In this document: piece by piece, positions 30,221-41,513 of the stretch | Numbering within the stretch: the first letter of the stretch is position 1 | Layout of the letters: every line of letters starts with the position of its first letter | DNA from: an uncultured bacterium | GTDB lineage: Bacteria; Edwardsbacteria; AC1; EtOH8 | Assembly (NCBI GenBank): GCA_963780225.1 | Contig: CAWAAX010000005.1 | Coordinates: 1-60,189 of the forward strand | DNA: 60,189 nucleotides | Reading direction: 5' to 3' | Translations under genes and position numbers: made by a program | The notes under the pieces: generated by a model | Database searches by the model: none | The model's input: only the letters and a program-made list of their open reading frames with translations | Told to the model about the DNA's origin: nothing

Positions 30221-31516
30221 ATGATAGAACGTTATACCCTTCCCAAAATGAAGGCCATCTGGAGCGAAGAGAACAAGTTCCAGAAATGGCTGGAAGTGGA
30301 GCTTTTGGCCTGCCGGGCCCAGGCTCAGCTGGGCAATATTCCGGACAGCGATCTTAAAAACATCCAGGCCAACGCCCGTTTCCAGGTGGAAAGGATCAAT
30401 CAGATAGAGGCCGAGGTACATCACGATGTGATTGCCTTTTTGACCAATCTTTCCGAACACATTGGGCCATCCTCGCGCTATGTGCACTTGGGCATGACTT
30501 CCTCCGATGTGCTGGACACCGCCTGGGCGGTGCTGATGAAGGAGGCCGGGCAGATCATCATGGAAGACCTGCAAAAACTTTCGGCGGCCCTAAAGGGAAA
30601 AGCCCTGGAACATAAAAATACCATCATGATGGGCCGCAGCCACGGGATCCACGCCGAGCCCACCACCATGGGTCTTAAATTCGCCCTATGGTGGCAGGAG
30701 AACCAGCGCAATATCGCCAGGATGGAGAGGGCCGTCAAGTCGGCAGCTTGCGGTAAGATCTCCGGCGCGGTAGGCACCTTCGCCCACATCGACCCCAAGG
30801 TGGAGGAGTACGTCTGCCGGGAACTGGGGCTGACGCCGGAGCCGGTCTCCACCCAGATCGTCCAGCGCGACCGCCACGCCGAATACCTGTGCACCCTGGC
30901 CGTGATCGCCGCCAGCCTGGAAAAGATTGCCATGGAGATCCGCCACCTGCAGCGGACCGAGGTCCGGGAAGCCGAGGAACCCTTCGCCAAGGGGCAGAAA
31001 GGATCTTCGGCCATGCCTCACAAAAAGAACCCCATCATCTGCGAAAGGATCTGCGGCCTGGCCCGGCTGGTGAGGGCCAACGCTCAGGTGGGGCTGGAGA
31101 ATGTAGCTCTTTGGCACGAGCGCGACATCTCGCATTCCTCGGCCGAGCGGGTGATAATCCCCGACAGCACCATCGCCCTGGACTACATGCTGAACAAGGC
31201 GGTTTGGCTGATTGAAGGACTGACGGTGTTCCCCCAGAGGATGCTGAAGAACATCGAATCCTCCGGCGGGCTGATATTCTCCCAGGCCCTGCTTTTAGCC
31301 CTGGTGGACAAGGGTCTTACCCGGGAACAGGCCTATACCGCAGTCCAGAGAAACGCCATGCAGGTCTGGGAACAGGGCGGGTCGCTTAAGGAACTGGCCT
31401 TGAAGGACGGGGACATCAGTCAAAAGATCGGCCAGGCGGAAATGGAAGAGATATTCAATATCAAAAAATTTCTGCGCAACGTTGACTACATATACCAAAG
31501 AATAGGGCTCGGTTGA
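30221..31516 (+). CDS. purB: Adenylosuccinate lyase
   Basis: MIERY, HDVIAF, GRSHG, GSSAMPHKKNP. Confidence 0.97.
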   Translation: MIERYTLPKMKAIWSEENKFQKWLEVELLACRAQAQLGNIPDSDLKNIQANARFQVERINQIEAEVHHDVIAFLTNLSEHIGPSSRYVHLGMTSSDVLDTAWAVLMKEAGQIIMEDLQKLSAALKGKALEHKNTIMMGRSHGIHAEPTTMGLKFALWWQENQRNIARMERAVKSAACGKISGAVGTFAHIDPKVEEYVCRELGLTPEPVSTQIVQRDRHAEYLCTLAVIAASLEKIAMEIRHLQRTEVREAEEPFAKGQKGSSAMPHKKNPIICERICGLARLVRANAQVGLENVALWHERDISHSSAERVIIPDSTIALDYMLNKAVWLIEGLTVFPQRMLKNIESSGGLIFSQALLLALVDKGLTREQAYTAVQRNAMQVWEQGGSLKELALKDGDISQKIGQAEMEEIFNIKKFLRNVDYIYQRIGLG

Positions 31517-31541
31517 GTTCCATTCTTCAGGAGGACGCACC

Positions 31542-32759
31542 ATGTCCGTGACCATAATAGCCTTTGGCTTGGCCGCCCTGTTTGGGGTGCTTTGGCTGAT
31601 TTGCATCGGCGGGGCCGGAAAGAAAGCGGTTGATGTAAAGACCGCCCGGGAGGAACTATCCCGGCTTCAATTGGATGACCAGCGCCAGAGCGATCTGGTC
31701 AAAAACCTGAAGTCCAACATGGCCAACCTGGAAAAGGAAAAGAACGAACGAACCCGGGTGTTCATGGTGCTGCTGGAGCTGGCCCGGACATTGAGCGGCA
31801 ACATCGAACAGGAAAAGCTTCCACCGCTGCTGCTGAGGATTGCCCAGCAGCTATTTGACGCCGAAGAACTGATCTTCTTTAAACCGGTGGAAGACGGTCA
31901 TGTGCTGGTTGCCGCCGCCCAGATAGGGCTGGACGAGAAGATGAAAAAATCCCTGAGCATCAAGGTCGGCGACGGTTATGTGGGGCATTGCGCGGCCAAG
32001 AAGCTGGTAATGACCAAGGAGGATTTTGCCACCGAAAGCAATCTAATAAAACAGCATATCGAGAACACCAGGGAAAGCGGGATCGCTCCGGTATTGTGCC
32101 TGCCTTTGGTGCAGCATAATGTCCTTTTGGGGCTGGTATCCATCGGCAAGATAACTCAGCGGGCCAAAGAGGAAAGTAATATGCTGATGATCTATCAGAG
32201 TTTGGGTTCCATGGCCATGGAGAACGCCAGGATGTTCGAACAGCTATATACCAAGGACCGCCTGACTGATTTATTCAACTGGCGCTATTTTGAGGAACGG
32301 GCCCAGGCCGAGCTGTCGCGCTCCAAACGGTTCGGGCATAAACTCTCGTTCACCCTGTTGTATCTGGACAACTTCACTCCGTTCACCGAAGCCAATGGCA
32401 CCCAGGCCGCCGAAAAGGTGCTGGCCAAGGTGGGAGCCCTGCTTAACGAGTACGTCCGCAAGATAGACGTCTCCTGCCGGATGTCCGAGGACTCCTTTGC
32501 CGTGGCCCTGCTGGAGACCGAGCGGGTGCAGGCGGTGCAGTTCGCCGAGAAGATCAAGAAGATCATCGAAGACTCGCTGTCCAACCTTGACCAGGCCTTT
32601 GCCTCCCAGAGCCTGACCGTGACCCTGGCGGTGATGACCTTCCCCGATGACGGGTTCACCATGGCCGAGATGTTCGACTTGGCGGCTCTGAAGATCAAGG
32701 AAGCCCAGGCCCAGGGGGGCAGCCGGGTGATAAAGAACATCACCGAAGAGGCAACATAA
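31542..32759 (+). CDS. Membrane-anchored GAF plus degenerate GGDEF-domain protein
   Basis: GAF region, DRLTDLFN; the GGDEF position reads SEDSF, preceded by RKID. Confidence 0.8.
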   Translation: MSVTIIAFGLAALFGVLWLICIGGAGKKAVDVKTAREELSRLQLDDQRQSDLVKNLKSNMANLEKEKNERTRVFMVLLELARTLSGNIEQEKLPPLLLRIAQQLFDAEELIFFKPVEDGHVLVAAAQIGLDEKMKKSLSIKVGDGYVGHCAAKKLVMTKEDFATESNLIKQHIENTRESGIAPVLCLPLVQHNVLLGLVSIGKITQRAKEESNMLMIYQSLGSMAMENARMFEQLYTKDRLTDLFNWRYFEERAQAELSRSKRFGHKLSFTLLYLDNFTPFTEANGTQAAEKVLAKVGALLNEYVRKIDVSCRMSEDSFAVALLETERVQAVQFAEKIKKIIEDSLSNLDQAFASQSLTVTLAVMTFPDDGFTMAEMFDLAALKIKEAQAQGGSRVIKNITEEAT

Positions 32760-32771
32760 ATAATAAAATCT

Positions 32772-32892
32772 TAAGCACGAAAAACTAAATCCTAAATAAA
32801 TACCAAAGGACTAAATACCTTAAACAGTTTATGGTTTTGAAAATTGTAAATTAAAGATTGTTTAGTGTTTAGATATTAGGGTTTAGGATTTA
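32772..32892. repeat. AT-rich heptamer-periodic long hairpin (ctaaat/atttag family)
   Basis: actaaatcctaaat...tttagatattagggtttaggattt; siblings at 55140-55295 and 59940-60080. Confidence 0.65.
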
Positions 32893-32914
32893 CCATAGAT
32901 AGGCAGATAAATCA

Positions 32915-33571
32915 ATGAAGATCGCACCCGAGGGTTTTGCCACCATCTTAATAGCTCTGCTGTTTGCCCTGGCCACCTTTGCCGCCTGGATGTTCTGGCG
33001 GGGGCCACTGCTGCTGTATTTGACCCTGGGCTTCTCCATTGTTTTCCTGTTCATGGTCTATTTTTTCCGCGACCCGGCCCGCAGCGGCAGTTTTGGACCG
33101 GGGCAGATCGCCTCGCCGGCCGACGGCAGAGTGGTGATCGTCCGGGAGACCGAGGACACATTTCTCCACAAACAAAAGGTTTTGCAGGTCAGCATCTTTT
33201 TGTCGCCGATGGACGTCCACATCAACCGGATACCGGTAACAGGAAAGGTGATCTACCAGCAGTATCATCCAGGTAAATTCCTGCCGGCCTTTGAGGAAAA
33301 GGCCTCGCTGGCCAATGAGCAGATGCACCTGGGGATCGAAACCCCTTACGGAAAGATACTGATGAAACAGATCGCCGGGATCCTGGCCCGCCGGGTGGTC
33401 TGCTATCCGAAGCTCGGGGACTCAGTCACCGCCGGGCAGAGGATGGGGCTGATGAAGTTCGGCTCCCGGATAGACCTGATGCTGCCTTTAGGGACCAAGA
33501 TCAATGTGAAGGTGGGGGATAAGGTGAAGGGCGGGGTAACGGTTTTGGGGGAATTGCAGCTGGGACAATAG
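32915..33571 (+). CDS. psd: Phosphatidylserine decarboxylase proenzyme
   Basis: FFRDP, SPADG, IFLSPMDVHINR, FGSR cleavage motif. Confidence 0.93.
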   Translation: MKIAPEGFATILIALLFALATFAAWMFWRGPLLLYLTLGFSIVFLFMVYFFRDPARSGSFGPGQIASPADGRVVIVRETEDTFLHKQKVLQVSIFLSPMDVHINRIPVTGKVIYQQYHPGKFLPAFEEKASLANEQMHLGIETPYGKILMKQIAGILARRVVCYPKLGDSVTAGQRMGLMKFGSRIDLMLPLGTKINVKVGDKVKGGVTVLGELQLGQ

Positions 33572-33798
33572 GTAAACTTTTCCCATAGCGCGATAGCCTA
33601 AAGTCTATCGCTACAATCCATTCCTCCAAAGGCGGATCTTCGACAAGACCGCTGGTGCGGCCTGGAACCGAGGTTCGAGAGAACCCTGATGATCAATAGC
33701 GATATCGTTCCGACTTCGTAACGGAAGGCAAATACTTCGTCGGATAAATCACGGTGTCGCATAAATGAAGTCCAATAAATCATAAATTGCATACCACT

Positions 33799-34540
33799 AT
33801 GCCTCCAAACAAAATCAAAACCCCGTCCTTCCTTCCCAGCATCTTCACCAGCGGCAACCTGTTCTGCGGGATGCTGGCCGTGATGGAAGCCTTTAGGGGC
33901 AACAGCTACCGCGGGGCCTGGCTGATCATCCTGGCGGCCTTCTTCGATTCCACCGACGGAATGGTGGCCCGGCTGACCCACCAGACCAGCCGCTTTGGGG
34001 TGGAGCTGGACTCGCTGTCGGACATGGTATCCTTTGTGCTGGCCCCGGTGATGCTGATCTATCCGCTGTGCCTGATGGACCTGAACCTGGCCGGGGTTCT
34101 GGCCGGATTTGCCTTCGTGGTATCCGGCGCCATCCGGCTGGCCCGTTTCAACGTGGAGCAGAAGAACCTGCTGGAGAAGGGCGGGATTCATCGGCCTGCC
34201 CACCCCGGCCGCAGGCGGGGCCGTGGCCGGGTATCTGATATTCTCCAACTATCTGAAGATAGATCTGGTCGCCCCCATCCTGATGCCGTTCTTTTTAGCC
34301 CTGCTGGCCCTGCTGATGGTCAGCCCGGTGGAATATCCGCCGTTTCCAAAGCTGGCGTCCAAGAGCGTACGGTCTTATCTGATATACAGCCTGCTGGTGC
34401 TGGCCATGATCGGACTGGTGATACGGCCCCAGCTGGTGATCTTTCCCATATTATTCCTGTATATTTTATTCGGTCTGATCCGGAGGCTGGTGGTCAAGAT
34501 CGCCAGCAAAAGAAGAAAGACACCTATACCCAGCCACTAA
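33799..34540 (+). CDS. pssA: CDP-diacylglycerol--serine O-phosphatidyltransferase (frameshift near 34180)
   Basis: DxxDGxVAR...FGVELDSLSD, RLARFN, F.GLPTP. Confidence 0.88.
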
Positions 34541-34617
34541 GACACTAAGGCACAAAACGATTTACGATTTTCTATTCTCAATTTTAAGTTAAATTGGTGT
34601 CTTAGTGCCTTAGTGGC
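34533..34617. repeat. GCCAC-family 8-bp-periodic hairpin overlapping the pssA stop
   Basis: gccactaagacactaaggcac ... gtgtcttagtgccttagtggc. Confidence 0.8.
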
Positions 34618-34653
34618 GGAATTAATGAAAATATAAATATCGGAGGACAAAAA

Positions 34654-34905
34654 TTGCTGACGGCAGAGATCCGCGTTACCCTAAGGGATGGCGTGCTGGA
34701 CCCCCAGGGAACCACACTCAACCGCTCCCTGGAGAACATAGGCTATAAGGGGCTGAAGGATGTCCGGATGGGCAAACTAATTCAGCTTACGCTTGATCTG
34801 AATGATCAGGCCAAGGCCAAGATGTTGGTGGAGGAGCTGTGCCAGAAGGTGCTGACCAACCCGGTGATCGAACAATACCAATTCACCATCGGGGAGAGCA
34901 AATGA
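34654..34905 (+). CDS. purS: FGAM synthase subunit PurS
   Basis: VLDPQG, VRMGK, LTNPVIE. Confidence 0.93.
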   Translation: MLTAEIRVTLRDGVLDPQGTTLNRSLENIGYKGLKDVRMGKLIQLTLDLNDQAKAKMLVEELCQKVLTNPVIEQYQFTIGESK

Positions 34906-35600
34906 AGTTCGGCGTCATTACTTTTCCCGGCTCCAACTGCGATTACGACTGCCACCAGGCGGTGGAGGAAGGGCTGGGCTTAAAACCAGTTCACATCTGG
35001 CACCGGGAGACCGATCTGCAGGGCTGCGACTGCATCATCCTGCCTGGCGGTTTTTCCTATGGTGATTATCTGCGCACCGGGGCCATCGCCCGTTTCTCCC
35101 CGATCATGCAGAAGGTCAAGGATTACGCCGAACGGGGCGGGCTGGTGATCGGCATCTGCAACGGTTTTCAGATCCTGCTGGAATCAGGGCTGCTGCCGGG
35201 GGCCATGATGGTCAACCGGGGCCTGCAGTTCGTCTGCCAGACGGTCAACCTATCCGTGGAGCGCAACGACCTGGCCTTCACCAACCAGCTGGCCCAAAAG
35301 CAGGTGATACGGATACCCATCGCCCACAAGGAAGGCAACTACTACATAGACCAAAAGTCGTTGAAGGAGCTGGAGGACAACGGCCAGGTGGTGTTCCGCT
35401 ACTGCGATCAGAACGGAAAGATCTCAGACGCTGACAATCCCAACGGATCAGTCAACAATATTGCCGGCATCGTCAACAAAAGGGGCAATGTGTTGGGGAT
35501 GATGCCCCACCCCGAGCGGGCCATGGAAAAACTGCTGGGCTCGGACCAGGGCAAACTGATATTCAACTCTATCAAAGCCCATCTCCAAAAGGTTAGATGA
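34902..35600 (+). CDS. purQ: FGAM synthase subunit PurQ
   Basis: FPGSNC, GGFSYGDYLR, GICNGFQ, MMPHPER. Confidence 0.96.
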   Translation: MKFGVITFPGSNCDYDCHQAVEEGLGLKPVHIWHRETDLQGCDCIILPGGFSYGDYLRTGAIARFSPIMQKVKDYAERGGLVIGICNGFQILLESGLLPGAMMVNRGLQFVCQTVNLSVERNDLAFTNQLAQKQVIRIPIAHKEGNYYIDQKSLKELEDNGQVVFRYCDQNGKISDADNPNGSVNNIAGIVNKRGNVLGMMPHPERAMEKLLGSDQGKLIFNSIKAHLQKVR

Positions 35601-36328
35601 AAAAGAACCCCGCCCATAAAAAGACCGATGTGGCCGCCATCACCTCACTGCTGGTCCGGCTGGATAAAATATTGGCCGGACCCAAAGAAGATCTTTTGCC
35701 CAAAATCCGCAAACTGGCCAAGGAGGTGGACGAACTGGTGCCCTATTATGACGGGCATATGGTGCGGGTTACTTTTTATTCCCTGGCCATTGGGCTGAGA
35801 ATGGACCTCTCCCGCGAGGACCTTTTGACGCTGGAAGTGGCGGCCCTATTGCACGATTTTGGCAAGTTGGGAGTGGATGAGTACACACTGGAAAAAGAGG
35901 ACCAGCTCAGCGCCGACGAAAGGATGGAGATACATCATCACGCCGAGCGGGGTTTCCATATCCTTTCGGGCTTTGTCAAGCTGGAGCAGGCGGCGGTGAT
36001 CATCCGAGACCATCACGAGCAATACGACGGCAGCGGTTACCCCGCCCGCAAAAAGGGTCCCAATATTCCCCTGTTGGCCCGGATAATAGCCGTAGCCGAT
36101 GCCTACGATGCCATGACGGCCGACCGGCCCTACCGCAAGGGTCTGCCCCAAAAGCAGGCCGAGGCCGAACTTCTGGCCCATGCCGGCAAACAATTTGATC
36201 CCCAGGTGGTGGATTATTTTGTCAATCATATCAAGAACAAGAAACCCAAACCCGCACGCAAAATGAGCAAGGGCTCGGGATCTTCTTTAGGCAAAAAACA
36301 ATTCATTGAGTGCCTCCCGGTCTTTTAG
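35597..36328 (+). CDS. HD-GYP domain phosphodiesterase-like protein
   Basis: LHDFGK, HHEQYDGSGYP, ADAYDAMT..RPYR. Confidence 0.9.
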   Translation: MKKNPAHKKTDVAAITSLLVRLDKILAGPKEDLLPKIRKLAKEVDELVPYYDGHMVRVTFYSLAIGLRMDLSREDLLTLEVAALLHDFGKLGVDEYTLEKEDQLSADERMEIHHHAERGFHILSGFVKLEQAAVIIRDHHEQYDGSGYPARKKGPNIPLLARIIAVADAYDAMTADRPYRKGLPQKQAEAELLAHAGKQFDPQVVDYFVNHIKNKKPKPARKMSKGSGSSLGKKQFIECLPVF

Positions 36329-36495
36329 CACGTTCATTAATAGACCTAAATCTCCAGGTCTTGTATATATGGCGCGCCATGTCTAACATTACGCCGGCCA
36401 CTCGGCCAACGGCAGGCAGACATCCAGTCAGATAAAAGTTATTTTGGTAGAAATCTCAACCCGTAATTCAAACCACAAGGAAACATATAAACCAC

Positions 36496-38748
<2,253 letters not shown>

Positions 38749-38757
38749 AAGATTATA

Positions 38758-39621
38758 ATGCCTAACCCAATAGAAATAAACGGCAAAATCATTCTTTCAT
38801 TTTTAGTAGAAAATGAAATTGAAAGAATCGATAATAAAATACTATTGGAAAAATGTGGTGTTGAAAAGTCTGATTTTATTAAAGGTATTGATTATCTAGT
38901 CACATTGGGTGCGATTGAGTTGTTAAAAGATGATGGAATAAAAAACTCACAATATTCAATCATTCTTAAAAGTAAGGGTGAGTATATCTATAGAAGAGAT
39001 AAAAAGATACTTGAAATATTGAGACCTGGTAAACATAGGGATAATGCAGATTACTCTAAAATATTGCATAATAAAACATTAAAAGATGATTTTAAAACAG
39101 TATTTCCTGTTGGTTCGCCCTACGGTTTTCTAGAAAATGATTGGGCGTATATGAACAAAAGAAAAAACGATAAATTATCATTATACATTGTTTTAGGTTT
39201 GCAATATGAATCATCTTACTATGATACTGGTTTATTAATTAGTAATATTGAAAAATACCTCCACAATTGTTTAAACACATATAATACCAGCGAAAATAAA
39301 CAAATAACTTTAGTTTTTAATAAATTGACAGCCGGATTAGGTGAACATCTATTCAATAATATTGCACGGGAAATTATAAGCTCTGATATCGCTATTTTTG
39401 ATGTCTCTGATCTAAACCCCAACGTTATGATTGAGGTTGGTGTTGCATTAACTTGGGGGGTAAAAATTATTCCTTTGAAAAATATAACTAGTCCTGTTCC
39501 ACCATCGGATATTTCAGGCCACACATACGTTGAATATGAGGAATCCTGTGGTAAATTTTGTGAACCTAAGTTAGTTGATAGAATTATTGAAATGATAGAT
39601 AGAATAATAAAAACAAAGTAG
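38758..39621 (+). CDS. AT-rich gene: putative N-terminal winged-helix plus C-terminal nucleoside 2-deoxyribosyltransferase/TIR-like domain
   Basis: SDIAIFDVSDLNPNVMIEVGVA...PSDISG motif; composition differs sharply from the flanks. Confidence 0.65.
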   Translation: MPNPIEINGKIILSFLVENEIERIDNKILLEKCGVEKSDFIKGIDYLVTLGAIELLKDDGIKNSQYSIILKSKGEYIYRRDKKILEILRPGKHRDNADYSKILHNKTLKDDFKTVFPVGSPYGFLENDWAYMNKRKNDKLSLYIVLGLQYESSYYDTGLLISNIEKYLHNCLNTYNTSENKQITLVFNKLTAGLGEHLFNNIAREIISSDIAIFDVSDLNPNVMIEVGVALTWGVKIIPLKNITSPVPPSDISGHTYVEYEESCGKFCEPKLVDRIIEMIDRIIKTK

Positions 39622-39669
39622 AAAATATGTATTTACACCTAAAATAATACCGTTTAAATGAGATAATTA

Positions 39670-40434
39670 ATGTACTTTTTGTTTTTTAATAATCCATCAA
39701 ATTTTTGGAGTGATTTCTTTACTAATATAGCAGCAAGCGTAGCCTATACTTGTGCTGTATTTTTTATTGCCTGGTCGGTTATTATTCGCAAAAGGGTTAA
39801 ACTGCTAAAATTTTTCGGGATAGTGAAGCAGAAAAAGTTGTCAATATTTTTATCGGATATTTATGTTACACCTGGTGGCGCAATTGGAGTCGATGGTAAA
39901 CGGCGTAATTTCAGCGGGCCTGCATTTGCATATGCAGAGAACAAAGTTGCTTTAATGCTAAAGGATATTTTTAATTATATATTGCCTTCAGTTTCGGAAA
40001 GTCCTGGTATATTGTCAAAAATATTCATATCTGATGTTACGATAAATATTGATTTAGTTAATCCAGCTATACCCGATGATGTTTTATTACAAGAAAGCTT
40101 TATTGCAGTTGGTTCTTCAGCATTCAATCGCGCAGCGGTTTTGTTGGAACAAAAAACAAAAACACATTTTACAAATGGTTATGCATCAATAAAATATGAC
40201 AATAATACTTACACAGGTCAATACGGCTTTATTGAAAAAGTATTAATTAATAATACAGTTTACTTTTATATAGCAGGGATAACAGAATTTGCCACGATTG
40301 GTTCAACTTATTACCTTAAAGAAAATTGGCATAAATTGCGTAGTATGTTTAAAGGTGAGTTTACAATTGTTTTGTTGTTTTCAGATATGAACAGTTATCG
40401 AAAATCACAAACCATTATTCAGAAAGAAAATTAG
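39670..40434 (+). CDS. AT-rich hypothetical protein with an N-terminal TM helix
   Basis: 254-aa ORF; hydrophobic segment at about aa 17-39; FIAVGSSAFN and YIAGITEFAT motifs. Confidence 0.7.
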   Translation: MYFLFFNNPSNFWSDFFTNIAASVAYTCAVFFIAWSVIIRKRVKLLKFFGIVKQKKLSIFLSDIYVTPGGAIGVDGKRRNFSGPAFAYAENKVALMLKDIFNYILPSVSESPGILSKIFISDVTINIDLVNPAIPDDVLLQESFIAVGSSAFNRAAVLLEQKTKTHFTNGYASIKYDNNTYTGQYGFIEKVLINNTVYFYIAGITEFATIGSTYYLKENWHKLRSMFKGEFTIVLLFSDMNSYRKSQTIIQKEN

Positions 40435-40468
40435 AAGAAGCCCAATCCAAGTGGATTGGGCTTCTTCT
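40433..40468. terminator. Hairpin between convergent genes, probable bidirectional terminator
   Basis: agaagaagcccaatcca-ag-tggattgggcttcttct. Confidence 0.75.
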
Positions 40469-40479
40469 ATCATATTCTA

Positions 40480-41325
40480 TTAGAAACTATATCTTGCAAA
40501 AATACTGCAGGGCAGGCTTCTGCCGGTATCCTTTTCCTCCAAATGCAGCTCACCGCATTCTATCTTGTCCAACGGTAGGATGTCCGCCAGCAGGTTCTTA
40601 AGCGCCTGGGCCGAGAAATTAGTGGAATAGGCGTTGACTAGGAAGAACAGCGGTTCATCGGACAATATCTTGCCGCAGTTATTTAGCAACTCAGGAACAT
40701 CGTCCCCGAAACGGAATATCTTTCCCTTGTGGTCCCGGCCGAACGAGGGCGGATCCATGATCACCGCGTCGTACCGGGCCTTTCTTTTTACCTCCCGCTC
40801 CACGAACTTGGCGCAGTCGTCCACTATCCAGCGGAAGGATGTTTCTTCCAGTCCCGAGAGGGCGGCGTTGCGCCGGGCCCACAGGGCGGCCGGCTTGGAG
40901 GAGTCCACCTGGGTCACCTTGGCCCCGGCCGCGGCGGCGGCCACCGTGGCCGCCCCGGTGTAGCCGAACAGGTTCAGGACATTGGGCCGGTATCCACAGT
41001 CTCTGATCAACTTTCCGCACCAGTCCCAGTTCACCGCCTGCTCGGGGAAAATGCCGGTGTGCTTGTATGGCGAGAGTTTAAGCTCAAATCTCAGATCCCG
41101 GTAGCTGAATATCCACGGTTTACCAGACCATTTTCCCATTTCCCATTTCCCATTTGTAAATTTGGCCTCTGCCTGGCCCCAGATATCGCCGTCCAGCTTT
41201 CTCTCCCAGACGGCATTGGGCTCGGGCCGCGAGATGAGCCGCCCGGCGAAGCGTTCCAGCTTTTGCCCCCGGCCGCTGTCCAGCAGTTGGTGGTCTTTCA
41301 AGTTTATGGGATGAAGAATATTCAT
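40480..41325 (-). CDS. Class I SAM-dependent methyltransferase (RlmI/RlmK-like)
   Basis: LLDSG..KLERF, KHTGIFPEQ, VLNLFGYTG, MDPPSFG. Confidence 0.9.
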   Translation of the reverse strand: MNILHPINLKDHQLLDSGRGQKLERFAGRLISRPEPNAVWERKLDGDIWGQAEAKFTNGKWEMGKWSGKPWIFSYRDLRFELKLSPYKHTGIFPEQAVNWDWCGKLIRDCGYRPNVLNLFGYTGAATVAAAAAGAKVTQVDSSKPAALWARRNAALSGLEETSFRWIVDDCAKFVEREVKRKARYDAVIMDPPSFGRDHKGKIFRFGDDVPELLNNCGKILSDEPLFFLVNAYSTNFSAQALKNLLADILPLDKIECGELHLEEKDTGRSLPCSIFARYSF

Positions 41326-41436
41326 GAAATGATGATACTATAAAAAGGGCGGGGCAGTCAACTAATATTCTGAATGCTTTAAGCTATACGCTGTACGCTG
41401 TACGCCGACCGCTATGATAAATTCCCGTTGTTTCTG

Positions 41437-41464
41437 TTGACAAGATGCATATTTATGATATAAT
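41437..41464 (+). promoter_or_regulatory. Sigma70-type promoter of purF
   Basis: TTGACA-16 bp-TATAAT with extended TG. Confidence 0.7.
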
Positions 41465-41513
41465 TCTCATATAAACAGCCCGTTAACTATTTCATACTTT
41501 TCAATTTACCAAT

